Shown in pieces: positions 11,373-20,600 of a DNA stretch of 64,000 bases; positions within the stretch are counted from its first letter, which is position 1, and every line of letters starts with the position of its first letter. The notes beneath the pieces are model-generated. The model did not search any database and was not told the origin of the DNA. It saw only the letters and a list, made by a program, of their open reading frames with translations. The translations under genes were made by a program, and so were the position numbers. Origin of the DNA: Candidatus Krumholzibacteriia bacterium (lineage in GTDB: Bacteria; Krumholzibacteriota; Krumholzibacteriia; WVZY01; JAKEHA01); NCBI GenBank assembly GCA_029865265.1, contig JAOUHG010000002.1, forward strand, positions 98,357 through 162,356, read 5' to 3'.

Positions 11373-11508
11373 CGGACTGGACCACCCGGTGCACGGGGTG
11401 CCCCTGCGCGGTCACCCGCCGCAGACGGTCCGGGCCACGCCGGCCCGCGGGTTCTTGCAACATATTGCCGCATTTTCACATACGTCACCGGCCGTCCGGG
11501 CGCGCGGC

Positions 11509-11523
11509 TGGCACCCGGCTTGC
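11509..11523 (+). promoter_or_regulatory. Sigma54 (-24/-12) promoter
   Basis: TGGCAC-CCGGC-TTGC matches TGGCAC-N5-TTGC; it ends 35 nt before ATG 11559 and lies just downstream of a sigma54 activator gene. Confidence 0.85.
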
Positions 11524-11558
11524 GGTATCCGGCCCGGGACACGGTCCCGGAGACGACC

Positions 11559-12839
11559 ATGAAAGCATTTCTCATATTCCTGTCGATCTGCGCCGCATCT
11601 CTGGTGACGGCGCCGGTACCCACCACCGCCCAGGGCAACATGGACTCGGTGCGCGGCTTCATCGAACGCAACGCCGAACTCCTCGGCGTGGCCACCGCCG
11701 TGGTGCAGGAGACCAACAGCATCCGCGCCCGCGGTCTGCTGGAGACCGCGACCACCCTGCACAAGCAGTCGGTGGGTCTGCTCGAGCAGAATTCCAACGC
11801 GCAGGCGGGACGGGTGGCGGTCCGCGCGCGCGAGGTCATTCAGCAGACCATCTCGGTGGCCAAACGCGACGCCCGCATCGAAGAACAGGCCGTGCGCACC
11901 ATGGAGCGCGCCACCACCCGCCTCGAACAGGCACGCATCGTGTTCGAAGAAGACGGGAACGACAAGATCGTCGCGCGCCGCCTCATCCTCGAATCGGCCG
12001 ACAACCTCCGGCGGGCACGCGAGCAGGTGCAGCAGCACATGTTCGAAACGTCGCTGCGCCTGGCCGAATCCTCGCTGGCCCTGTCCAACCGCGCCATCCG
12101 CATGCTACGGCGCGACGGTCTGGGCCCGGACGTGGCCGAAGAGATAGACCGCACGCAGAGCATCATCGAGCGCGCGGGCGAATCGCGCGCGTCGCACGAC
12201 CCGGCGTTGAACCGGTTGCTGGAGCAGGCGAACGAGTTGCAGCGGCGCGCGGTACGCAGCGCGGAGCGTGGCGACGCCGCCATCGCCGTGGAGCAGACCC
12301 GGGGTGCGCGCAACCTGGCCCTGCGCGCCATGCGTGCGGGCGGCGGCGCCGGCGCGTCCGACGAGGAACAGGCGGTGCGCGCGGTGGCACTCACCGACGC
12401 CGTTCTGGAGGGCGCGCGTGACGTGCTGGGTGAGTCCGCTCACGACGGTGCGACGCGCAGGGTGGAAGAAGCTGCACGCCAGCAGGACGACGCACGCCGC
12501 GCCCTCGGCGACGGCGACTACAAGCGCGCCCTTGCCCTGTCCACCAGCGCCCGCGAGGCGGTGCGTGCCGCGCTGCGCGGCATGGACGTGGCGGTGGACC
12601 CCGCGTCCGTCGAATCCGCCCTGGCGCGCACCGACGATGCCATCACAAAACTCGGCGATACCATCGCCGGCAGCGACCGTGCCACCGCGCGTGAGTTCTT
12701 CGAACGCGCGACCTCCCGCCAGCGCGAGGCGCGGGCCGCACTCGGCGACGGTGACCCCCGGCGCGCGCTCGCGCTCACCCGCGTGGCACACAACCTGGCC
12801 CGCAGCGGACTGTCCGCCATGAAAGATGCGGAGAACTGA
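11559..12839 (+). CDS. Secreted all-alpha protein with five ~78-aa three-helix repeats (426 aa), function unknown
   Basis: GGAG SD; Sec signal MKAFLIFLSICAASLVTAPVPTTA; repeated units such as LLEQANELQRRA...GDAAIAVEQTRGARNLA and FFERATSRQREA...GDPRRALALTRVAHNLA. Confidence 0.85.
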   Translation: MKAFLIFLSICAASLVTAPVPTTAQGNMDSVRGFIERNAELLGVATAVVQETNSIRARGLLETATTLHKQSVGLLEQNSNAQAGRVAVRAREVIQQTISVAKRDARIEEQAVRTMERATTRLEQARIVFEEDGNDKIVARRLILESADNLRRAREQVQQHMFETSLRLAESSLALSNRAIRMLRRDGLGPDVAEEIDRTQSIIERAGESRASHDPALNRLLEQANELQRRAVRSAERGDAAIAVEQTRGARNLALRAMRAGGGAGASDEEQAVRAVALTDAVLEGARDVLGESAHDGATRRVEEAARQQDDARRALGDGDYKRALALSTSAREAVRAALRGMDVAVDPASVESALARTDDAITKLGDTIAGSDRATAREFFERATSRQREARAALGDGDPRRALALTRVAHNLARSGLSAMKDAEN

Positions 12840-13143
12840 CCTCCTTCGCCCCGTCGCACTGGCCGCCGCCATCACGCTCTCGGCGTGCGCCGGGACGGGA
12901 ACGCCGCCGCGCGCGCCGGAGACGGCGGCGTCCGCGAACGACGCGCCGCTTCAGGACCTGCTGGCCCGCCTCGAGATCCTCATTGCCAACGACGAAGCCC
13001 ACGGATCGCTCCCCGACGCGGTCCTCGCCGAGGCGCGCGCGCTGCGCGTGGAGGCGCTGGCAGCGTTGGCCGCCGGTGACGAGCCGCTTGCGATCGACCT
13101 GCTCACCGCCGCCATCGCGCTGTTCGGGGACGGGCACGGATGA
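12826..13143 (+). CDS. Small helical lipoprotein (105 aa)
   Basis: Lipobox ITLSA-C; overlaps both the upstream stop and the downstream start. Confidence 0.75.
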   Translation: MRRTDLLRPVALAAAITLSACAGTGTPPRAPETAASANDAPLQDLLARLEILIANDEAHGSLPDAVLAEARALRVEALAALAAGDEPLAIDLLTAAIALFGDGHG

Positions 13144-14432
13144 GCGCCGGACACCGCCCCGGGATCGGCGCGCTCGCGGGGGCCGCACTCCTGCTCGGGA
13201 TCACGCAACTCTCCTCCCCGGCAACCGCCGCCGGACGTTGGCTGGGCTCGCTGGAACTGGGTTTCGACACCTACACCGAGCGCTATTCCATCTCCGAGGC
13301 CGACACGCTGAGCAGCATCAACGAAGCACGCTCGCGCCTGCGGGTGGCGTGGGTGACCGGCGCGCTGGGCCGCAACTACTCGCTGCTGGAGGGCCGGCAA
13401 TACCTGGGTGAATCCAGCTGGGAAACGGCGGTGCACGGCCTGCTCACCCGCCGCCTGGGCAGCGCCCGGTGGGTGGTGAACCTGGACGGCGAGGTCGCGC
13501 GGCGGGGCTTCCAGGAAGGAGCGGGCTACGAGTTCCCCAACGACTACACCCGCGCCTACGCGCGCGCGGGTCTGCGCGCGCGGGCGGGAACCCACCTGAC
13601 GGTCCGGCTGGACGACCGCGTCGAGAACCTGGATTACGAACGTCGCACCGAGTTCGACTACGACTACACGCGTAACGTTGCCACCGCCATGCTCGACGTG
13701 GGCCGCGACCCCTTCCGTGGCGTATCGGGCGGGATCCGCCTTACCACCATGTCCATCCCGGACAGCACGGAGATCGAGTACCACGCGCTGGGCCCGCTGC
13801 TGGAGGTGCGCATGTTCGGTGCGCCCCACGAGCGGTTGTACGTGAATGTTTCCACGGAAAAGCGCGACTATCCCGACGGCGGCACCCGCAGCTCGTTCTG
13901 GTCGGTGCTGGTCTCCGGGTTGTTCGAGTGGCCGGTGGCGGAGCACTGGAGCATTGAAATGGCGACCGATACCGAGAACTATGACTACGACGTCGCCACC
14001 GGCGCGTACGACGACTACCTGGAGTCGCGCAACTACATGGCCGTAAACTGGTACAGTGGGGGGTTCCGGTTCGGGGCGGGCCCGGCGTTCGGGTGGCTGT
14101 CCAGCACGGACGTGCCGCAGGAGGAGTACCGCGAACTGGGCGTGCGACTGGCCCTGGAGCAGATCGGCGTGAGCGGGCTCTACCTGTGGGCCTCATACGA
14201 ACCCGGCACGCGTGACTACGAGGCGTTCTCCTCCGGCACGGCAACAATCGACGACAGCGAGGTGATCTTCTCGGACTACGTCTACCACCGCGTGAATCTG
14301 TTTGTGAACGCGCGCGTGTACCGCGCGCTGTGGCTCAACGTCCTGTTTGACTGGCAGCCCGAGGACCACGACCGCGATGGCGACGACGCCACCGCGACGG
14401 TGGGCTCGGTATCCCTGATGTACCAGTTCTGA
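13140..14432 (+). CDS. Putative outer-membrane beta-barrel protein (430 aa)
   Basis: Signal peptide; alternating aromatic/polar strands; C-terminal SVSLMYQF beta-signal; ATGA overlap with the upstream gene. Confidence 0.75.
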   Translation: MSAGHRPGIGALAGAALLLGITQLSSPATAAGRWLGSLELGFDTYTERYSISEADTLSSINEARSRLRVAWVTGALGRNYSLLEGRQYLGESSWETAVHGLLTRRLGSARWVVNLDGEVARRGFQEGAGYEFPNDYTRAYARAGLRARAGTHLTVRLDDRVENLDYERRTEFDYDYTRNVATAMLDVGRDPFRGVSGGIRLTTMSIPDSTEIEYHALGPLLEVRMFGAPHERLYVNVSTEKRDYPDGGTRSSFWSVLVSGLFEWPVAEHWSIEMATDTENYDYDVATGAYDDYLESRNYMAVNWYSGGFRFGAGPAFGWLSSTDVPQEEYRELGVRLALEQIGVSGLYLWASYEPGTRDYEAFSSGTATIDDSEVIFSDYVYHRVNLFVNARVYRALWLNVLFDWQPEDHDRDGDDATATVGSVSLMYQF

Positions 14433-15413
14433 TCAGGAAGCGACGAGCTTCTTCATCTCTTCGGTGAGATGCGGAACCACGTCGAAGAGATCACCCACCA
14501 CGCCGTAATCCGCCTTCTGGAAGATGGGCGCGTTCTCGTCCTTGTTGATGGCCACGATCACCTTGGAGGTGCGCATGCCCGCCAGGTGCTGGATGGCGCC
14601 GGAGATGCCCACCGCCACGTAGAGCTTGGGGTTGACCACCTTGCCGGTCTGGCCCACCTGCATGGCGTGCGGCACGTAGCCGGCGTCCACCGCGGCGCGC
14701 GACGCGCCCACCGCGGCTCCCATCACGTCGGCGAGATCCTGCAGGATCTTGAAGTTCTCACCGCTCTTGAGCGAGCGCCCACCGGAGACGATGATCTCGG
14801 CCTCGGTGAGGTCCTTCTTGCCGCCCGAGGTCGCCGCGAATTCCGCCACCCGGCCGTGGATGGAATCGGCGCTCACCCCGGCCGCCACCTCCACGACCTC
14901 GGCGCCGGAAGCGGCCTGGGCGGGTGGGTTCACGTTGGGCCGGATGGACACGAAGCGCACCGGCGCCACCGCCTCCATCTCCGCAATCACCTTGCCCGAG
15001 TACACCGGGCGCAACACGCGCAGCGTTCCGTCGCTGAGCGTCACCCCGGTGCAGTCCGTGAAGAGCGCCGCTTCGCAGCGCGCGGCGGCGCGGGCGGAGA
15101 GATCCTTGCCCATGGCGGTGGCGCCGAAGAGCACCGTGTCCGCGCCGCACTGATCGATGATGGCCTTGAGTGCGGTGGTGTATCCCTCGCTCGAATACGC
15201 CGCAAGTTGCGCGTCGCGGGCCACGAATACCTTGCCCGCCGGAAGCGACTTCGCGTCGTTGACGGCGGCGTCGAGCCCGTCGCCGATGAGCGCGATGCTC
15301 ACCGGACCGCCGCCCGACTGCGACAGCGCGTTGGCCGCGGTCACGATCTCGCGGGCGATGGGCTTGAGCGCGCCGCCACGAATCTCACCGAATACCAGGA
15401 TTCCCTTCGACAT
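14433..15413 (-). CDS. etfA: Electron transfer flavoprotein alpha subunit
   Basis: [51 protein letters not shown]. Confidence 0.97.
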   Translation of the reverse strand: MSKGILVFGEIRGGALKPIAREIVTAANALSQSGGGPVSIALIGDGLDAAVNDAKSLPAGKVFVARDAQLAAYSSEGYTTALKAIIDQCGADTVLFGATAMGKDLSARAAARCEAALFTDCTGVTLSDGTLRVLRPVYSGKVIAEMEAVAPVRFVSIRPNVNPPAQAASGAEVVEVAAGVSADSIHGRVAEFAATSGGKKDLTEAEIIVSGGRSLKSGENFKILQDLADVMGAAVGASRAAVDAGYVPHAMQVGQTGKVVNPKLYVAVGISGAIQHLAGMRTSKVIVAINKDENAPIFQKADYGVVGDLFDVVPHLTEEMKKLVAS

Positions 15414-15433
15414 GTCCTCGTCCTTTCGAGCGG

Positions 15434-16225
15434 CTAGATGACCTTGGCCTCTTCGCGCAGGAGCCGCGCGAGCTCCTTCGCCTGCTGCGCCGCATCCCCG
15501 GGGATCATCTTCACCGGCGGGCGCTCGGGCAGCGCGTGATAGCGAACCAGCTTGCTCTTCGATCCCGCCGCCCCCACCTGTCCGGCATCGAGCTTCACGT
15601 CGGCGAGACCCACCTTGCGGATTTCCTTCTTCTTGGCCTTCATGATGCCGGGCAACGACGCGTAGCGGGGCTCGTTGAGCCCCTTCTCACAGGTCACCGC
15701 GGCGGGGAGGGTGAGTTCCACCACTTCGTCGCCGCCCTCCACACGCCTGCGTGCGCTGGCTTTGTTCCCCTCGATCTTGAGTTCGGTCAGGATGAGCGCC
15801 TGCGGTATGCCGAGCAACTCCGCGATGGCCGGGATGGTCTGGGCGGCATCGTCGTCGATGCCCTGCTTGCCGCCGAGAATGAGATGGGCGCCGAGCGGGC
15901 GGATCACCTCCGCCAGCACGCGGGCGTTGGCGCCGGCGTCGCCGCCTTCGAACGCCGGGTCGCCCACGTGGATCGCGTCGTCCGCGCCCATGGCCAGCGC
16001 GGTGCGCAGCACCTCCTCCACGCGATCGGGGCCCAGCGAGACGGCGACCACGGTGGTATCGTCCTTGAGGCGCTCACGGATGCGGATGGCTTCCTCGACG
16101 GCGTACTCGTCGTAGGGGTTCATGACAAACTTGAGACCCTGGGTCTCGATGCCGGAACCGTCCGCGGTGATCTTGATCTTGGATTCGGTGTCCGGAACGC
16201 TCTTGACGAGCACGACGATCTTCAC
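15434..16225 (-). CDS. etfB: Electron transfer flavoprotein beta subunit
   Basis: MKIVVLVKSVPD, NPYDEYAVEEA, ALAMGAD, NEPRYASLPGIMKAKKK; GTG start with GGAGG. Confidence 0.97.
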   Translation of the reverse strand: MKIVVLVKSVPDTESKIKITADGSGIETQGLKFVMNPYDEYAVEEAIRIRERLKDDTTVVAVSLGPDRVEEVLRTALAMGADDAIHVGDPAFEGGDAGANARVLAEVIRPLGAHLILGGKQGIDDDAAQTIPAIAELLGIPQALILTELKIEGNKASARRRVEGGDEVVELTLPAAVTCEKGLNEPRYASLPGIMKAKKKEIRKVGLADVKLDAGQVGAAGSKSKLVRYHALPERPPVKMIPGDAAQQAKELARLLREEAKVI

Positions 16226-16259
16226 CTTGAACCTCCTCGGGCGCGGATGGCCCGGCGCG

Positions 16260-17408
16260 CTACTTCAGATTGTGCAGAACGCTGCGGGCGATCACGAGGC
16301 GCTGGATCTCACTGGTGCCCTCGTAGATCTCCGTGATGCGCGCGTCGCGCATGTAGCGTTCCACGGGAAAGTCCTCCAGGTATCCGGCGCCGCCGTGGAT
16401 CTGCACGGCTTCGCGCGCGGCCTGGTTGGCGATCTGGGACGCGAACAGTTTGGCCATGGCCGCTTCCTTGCCGTGCGGCTGCTTCTCGTCCTTGAGGCGG
16501 GCGGCATTGTAGACCAGCAGGCGTGCCGCCTCGATGTGCATCGCCATGTCCGCGATCTTCCACTGCATCGCCTGGAACTTGCCGATCTGCTGACCGAAGG
16601 CCTCGCGCTCTTCGGCGTACTTCACCGACGCGTCGAGACACGCCTGGGCGATACCGACGGCCTGCGCCGCAATACCGATGCGTCCACCGTCCAGCGTGTG
16701 CATGGCGATCTTGAACCCGCCCCCCAGGTCGCCCAGCATGTTGGCGGCGGGCACACGCAGATCCTCGAACACCAGCTGGGTGGTGCTGGAGGCGCGCAGT
16801 CCCAGCTTGTCTTCCTTCTTCCCCACCGAGAACCCCTTGGAGGCGGCTTCGATGACGAAGGCGGAGATACCGCGCGTCTTGTGGGACGGGTCGGTGCGCA
16901 CCATGGCCAGCACCACATCCGCTTCCAGACCAGTGGTGATGAAATTCTTGGTTCCGTTGAGGACGAATTCATTGCCGTCGCGCACCGCGCTGGTCACCAG
17001 CGAAGCGGCATCGCTGCCCGACCCCGGTTCGCTCAGCGCGTACGCGCCGAGAAATTCTCCACTGGCGAGTCTGGGCAGGTAGCGCTTCTTGAGGTCTTCC
17101 GAGGCCCAGTGGACGATGGGCGCGGTCACCAGCGAGCTCTGCACCGACATGGTCACGCCGGTGGACGCGCACGCCCGGTTGACCTCCTCCAACGCCAGCA
17201 CCAGGGCGAAGTTGCCGGCCGCACTGCCGCCGTACACCTCCGGCACCAGCATGCCGAGAAACCCCATGCGGCCCAGTTCCTTGACGATTTCGCGCGGAAA
17301 TCTGGCCTCTCGGTTATGCTTGTCCGCGGCGGGGGCGATGACGGTGTCGGCGAACTCGCGCGCCGTCTGCTGAATCAGGCGCTGCTCTTCGGTCAGCGTA
17401 TACTGCAC
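16260..17408 (-). CDS. Acyl-CoA dehydrogenase (short/branched-chain type)
   Basis: YALSEPGSGSDA, LNGTKNFIT, KLGLRAS, LDGGRIGIAAQ, QIHGGAGY, IYEGTSEIQ. Confidence 0.96.
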   Translation of the reverse strand: MQYTLTEEQRLIQQTAREFADTVIAPAADKHNREARFPREIVKELGRMGFLGMLVPEVYGGSAAGNFALVLALEEVNRACASTGVTMSVQSSLVTAPIVHWASEDLKKRYLPRLASGEFLGAYALSEPGSGSDAASLVTSAVRDGNEFVLNGTKNFITTGLEADVVLAMVRTDPSHKTRGISAFVIEAASKGFSVGKKEDKLGLRASSTTQLVFEDLRVPAANMLGDLGGGFKIAMHTLDGGRIGIAAQAVGIAQACLDASVKYAEEREAFGQQIGKFQAMQWKIADMAMHIEAARLLVYNAARLKDEKQPHGKEAAMAKLFASQIANQAAREAVQIHGGAGYLEDFPVERYMRDARITEIYEGTSEIQRLVIARSVLHNLK

Positions 17409-17519
17409 GATCGCCTCTTCTTCTGAAGGGTCTGCGGGGACGCCGCCGGGGATCCCGGCGGCTTGATATTTCCGTGTATTACGGGGAGCATGCGTCGGAT
17501 TCGACGTCGGCCTGAATCG

Positions 17520-17549
17520 AACCTACCCCAGCCCGCAACTCGGTGTCAA
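17520..17549 (-). promoter_or_regulatory. Putative sigma70 promoter of the acyl-CoA DH-etfBA operon
   Basis: TTGACA-N18-TAGGTT on the minus strand. Confidence 0.5.
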
Positions 17550-17565
17550 CGCCCTTTTGGACGCG

Positions 17566-17597
17566 AAAACGCCCGCATCCACAAGGGGTTGCGGGCG
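17566..17597 (-). terminator. Intrinsic terminator after the C25 protease cluster
   Basis: Minus strand CGCCCGCA-loop-TGCGGGCG followed by TTTT. Confidence 0.6.
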
Positions 17598-17652
17598 ATT
17601 CCGGACTCCCGGATGGGAACGTCTTCCTGCGGCGCGAGGGTCACCCCGCCTT

Positions 17653-20600
17653 CTATTTGACCAGCAGCATCTTGCGCGTGTCGGTGAAACCACCCGCCAC
17701 CATGCGGTAGAAGTAGACGCCGGAACTGACCGGCGCACCCGCGTCGTTGCGCCCATCCCAACGTGACTGGTAGCGGCCCGCGGCCTTGTGCTCGTTGACC
17801 AGCGTGCGCACCCGCGCACCCCGCACGTCGTAGATCACCAGACTCACCGCGTTGCGGATGCCGCCCGGCACCCAGTAGTCGATGCTCGTCACGGGGTTGA
17901 ACGGGTTGGGGTGGTTCTGGCCCAGCTTCGCGATCGTCACCGGTACCAGCACCGCCAGCGTCTCGTTGACCACACCGCCCTCTCCCTCCAGCCGGTAGAC
18001 GTAGCGCGAGCCCATCTCCACGCCCCGGTCCACCACCCGCACCTCACCGTCCATGGACAGGCCCACCGCGCTCGCCACCCGCCGGTACGGGCCAGGCGCA
18101 TCGTCCTTCAGCTCCGCCCGGCTCACGTTGAACAACCCGCCGCTCGCGCTCAGCGGAACCGTCCACACCAGTTCCATGCCCCCGCCCAGCGCCGCGTAGC
18201 GGAACGAGGCACCACCCACCGGGGTGGGAACCACGAAGCCGTGGGCCCCGTTGTTGTGCGCGTTGGCGTGGAAGCGCGGCCACGGCGCGGTGGCCGGGTT
18301 CCAGCTACCGGAGAAATCCCACACGTAGAGGCTCTTGTCCCAGCCCGCGGCGACGAGATCAATGTCGCCATCCTGATCCACGTCGTTGAGTTCGGGTACG
18401 CCGCGCATCGCGTCGTCGGTCTTGAGCGGGAAGCCGGCGATCAACTGGCCGCTCACGTTCCACGCGTACAGGTACTGGGTCTCGCTGCCGATCACGATGT
18501 CGGGATTCCCGTCCCCGTCGACGTCGGCGATGACCGGCGACGACTCGGTGTAGGTGGTGGTGGTGTACTGCCTGGGCCACCCCGCCAGCACGACACCATT
18601 GCTCTGCGTGCCGTAGATGTTGCCACTGCCGCGCGCCACGAAGATCTCCAGCTTGCCGTCGCCGGTGACATTGCCGATCGCGGGCGACGAGGCGAAGAAG
18701 GGGTTCCAGGGGGCATTGCTGAAGTACTGCGACATCTGCAGCGTCGCATCATGGTTGATCACGAACAGGTTACCGGCCGCCGTGTTGACCACAATTTCGA
18801 GGTCGCCGTTGTTGTCAACGTCACCAATCGCCGGACTTCCCGCCACGTCGGAAGCAAGCGCGTACGGCCACCCCGGGCTCACGGAACCGTCTTCGTTGAA
18901 TACGTAGAGCTGGTCGCCCTGCGAACCCACGATCAGCTCTTCCATGTTGTCGCCATCGATGTCCGCCATGGCTGGCGTGGAATAGTTGAATGTGCAATTG
19001 GGCATGCGGAAGAACACGCCCTGCGTGAGCGGATTGAAGTCGCCGTCGATGAATTCGCTGCCGTCGGCATTCCAGGCGTAGATCACACCCTTCTCGTCCA
19101 CCGCGATCACTTCCAGCAGATTGTCCCCGTCGAGATCGCCCGCCGCCACCCCGGCGCGGACGAAGTTCTCCGCGCTCCGGGGCCAGCCGGGCAGCAGGGC
19201 CCCCTGATGGTTGAACACGTACACCTGCTTGAGGTCGCGCGAGGCTGCGATGACCTCCAGGCCGGGCGCCGCGTCCAGGCGCGCCAGCGCCGCGTGTGCC
19301 ACAAACGATCCCCCGACCGGGGACAGCACGCCCCAGGTCTGGGCGTCGCCGTCTCCGTTGATCACTTCACTCCCGTCGCTGTTGAAGGCGTAAACCTTGT
19401 CGGCGCACACCACGATTTCGAGATCGCCGTCGCCGTCGATATCGCCCACCACCGGCGAGGAACTGGTTTCGGAGCCCAGCGGAAGGGGGAACCCGGAGAC
19501 CTGCTGCGGGTTCGTGCTGCCCGAGGCCACGGCCGACGGCGCGCTCTCGTTGCCGGAGGTATCGATGGTGGTGGCCCTGAAGTAGTACAGGGAATTGGAC
19601 GTCAGTCCCCGGTCGAGAAACACGGTGTGCGACACCGGGTCGACCGTGGACTTCACCCACGGCCCTACCGGCGTCGTGGACCGATAGACGTGGTAGGTTT
19701 CGGCATCACCGCTCACACTCGCCGACCAGAAGACCTGCAGACGGTCCGGCCCCAGACTGGGGTCGATGACCAGCCCCACAGGGGCAACCGGCGGACGCAA
19801 CTCGACGATGTCCTGGTACGAGCGCCCGTAGGTGTCGACGATCTCGACCAGCAGGCGGTGCTCGCTGGCGACACTGGTCTCGATCATCTCGAACCCGGCG
19901 GTGTTCTCCGCCTCGGCCATGGGCGCCACGGCCGCATAGCTGTCGTTAGCGCCGATCAGCGTGAAACCGGCGTCCAGATCGGTGATGGTCGCGGACCCGC
20001 CCGGAAAGGCACCGGTGCCGAAGTTCTTGACCTTGTAGAACAGGTGGAACTGCTCGCCGGCATCGACAATGCCGTCGCCGTTGCCGTTGGCCACGTCATC
20101 GATGCGCAACGTCACCTGGAACAGCCCGGGCTGGTGAACTTCCTTCTTGAATGTGTCACGCCACGCCTCGCCGCCGTCGTTCTTGATGACCAGCGTGAAG
20201 GGCACCGGGTAGGCGTCCGGGTATGCGTCGTCGAAGGTGACGCGCACGCCGCCGCCCGCAACCACCGTTGCCCCGCTGGCGATGACACCCGCCGCGGCCG
20301 TGCTGTCGTCCAGCACGACACCCGGGTCGCTGCTGCGCAGGGTAACGGTGACGTCACCGGTGGACACCGGGCCGGTGTTCTTGAGGGACAGCGCCAGGTC
20401 GACGGTTTCTCCACCCTCGATGACACCGTTGCCGTTACCGGCGGTGCCGCCCGTGTTGTCGTCGTCTACCGTCATGCCCGCAATCTGCACGTATGCTGCC
20501 GCGGCCGTCACGGTGATGGTGCCGTCGTAGCGCCGCTGATTGTGACCGGTAACCACGACGTCGATAGCGCCGGGAGACCGGGCGCGGAACGGCAGCGTGG

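Noticed and set aside
11456..11470. IHF site upstream of the sigma54 promoter (CAACATATTG)
   Set aside because: Position is plausible but the match to WATCAANNNNTTR is only partial.
14433..17408. Electron-bifurcating Bcd-EtfAB complex
   Set aside because: Gene order is compatible, but I cannot distinguish bifurcating from canonical ETF by eye.
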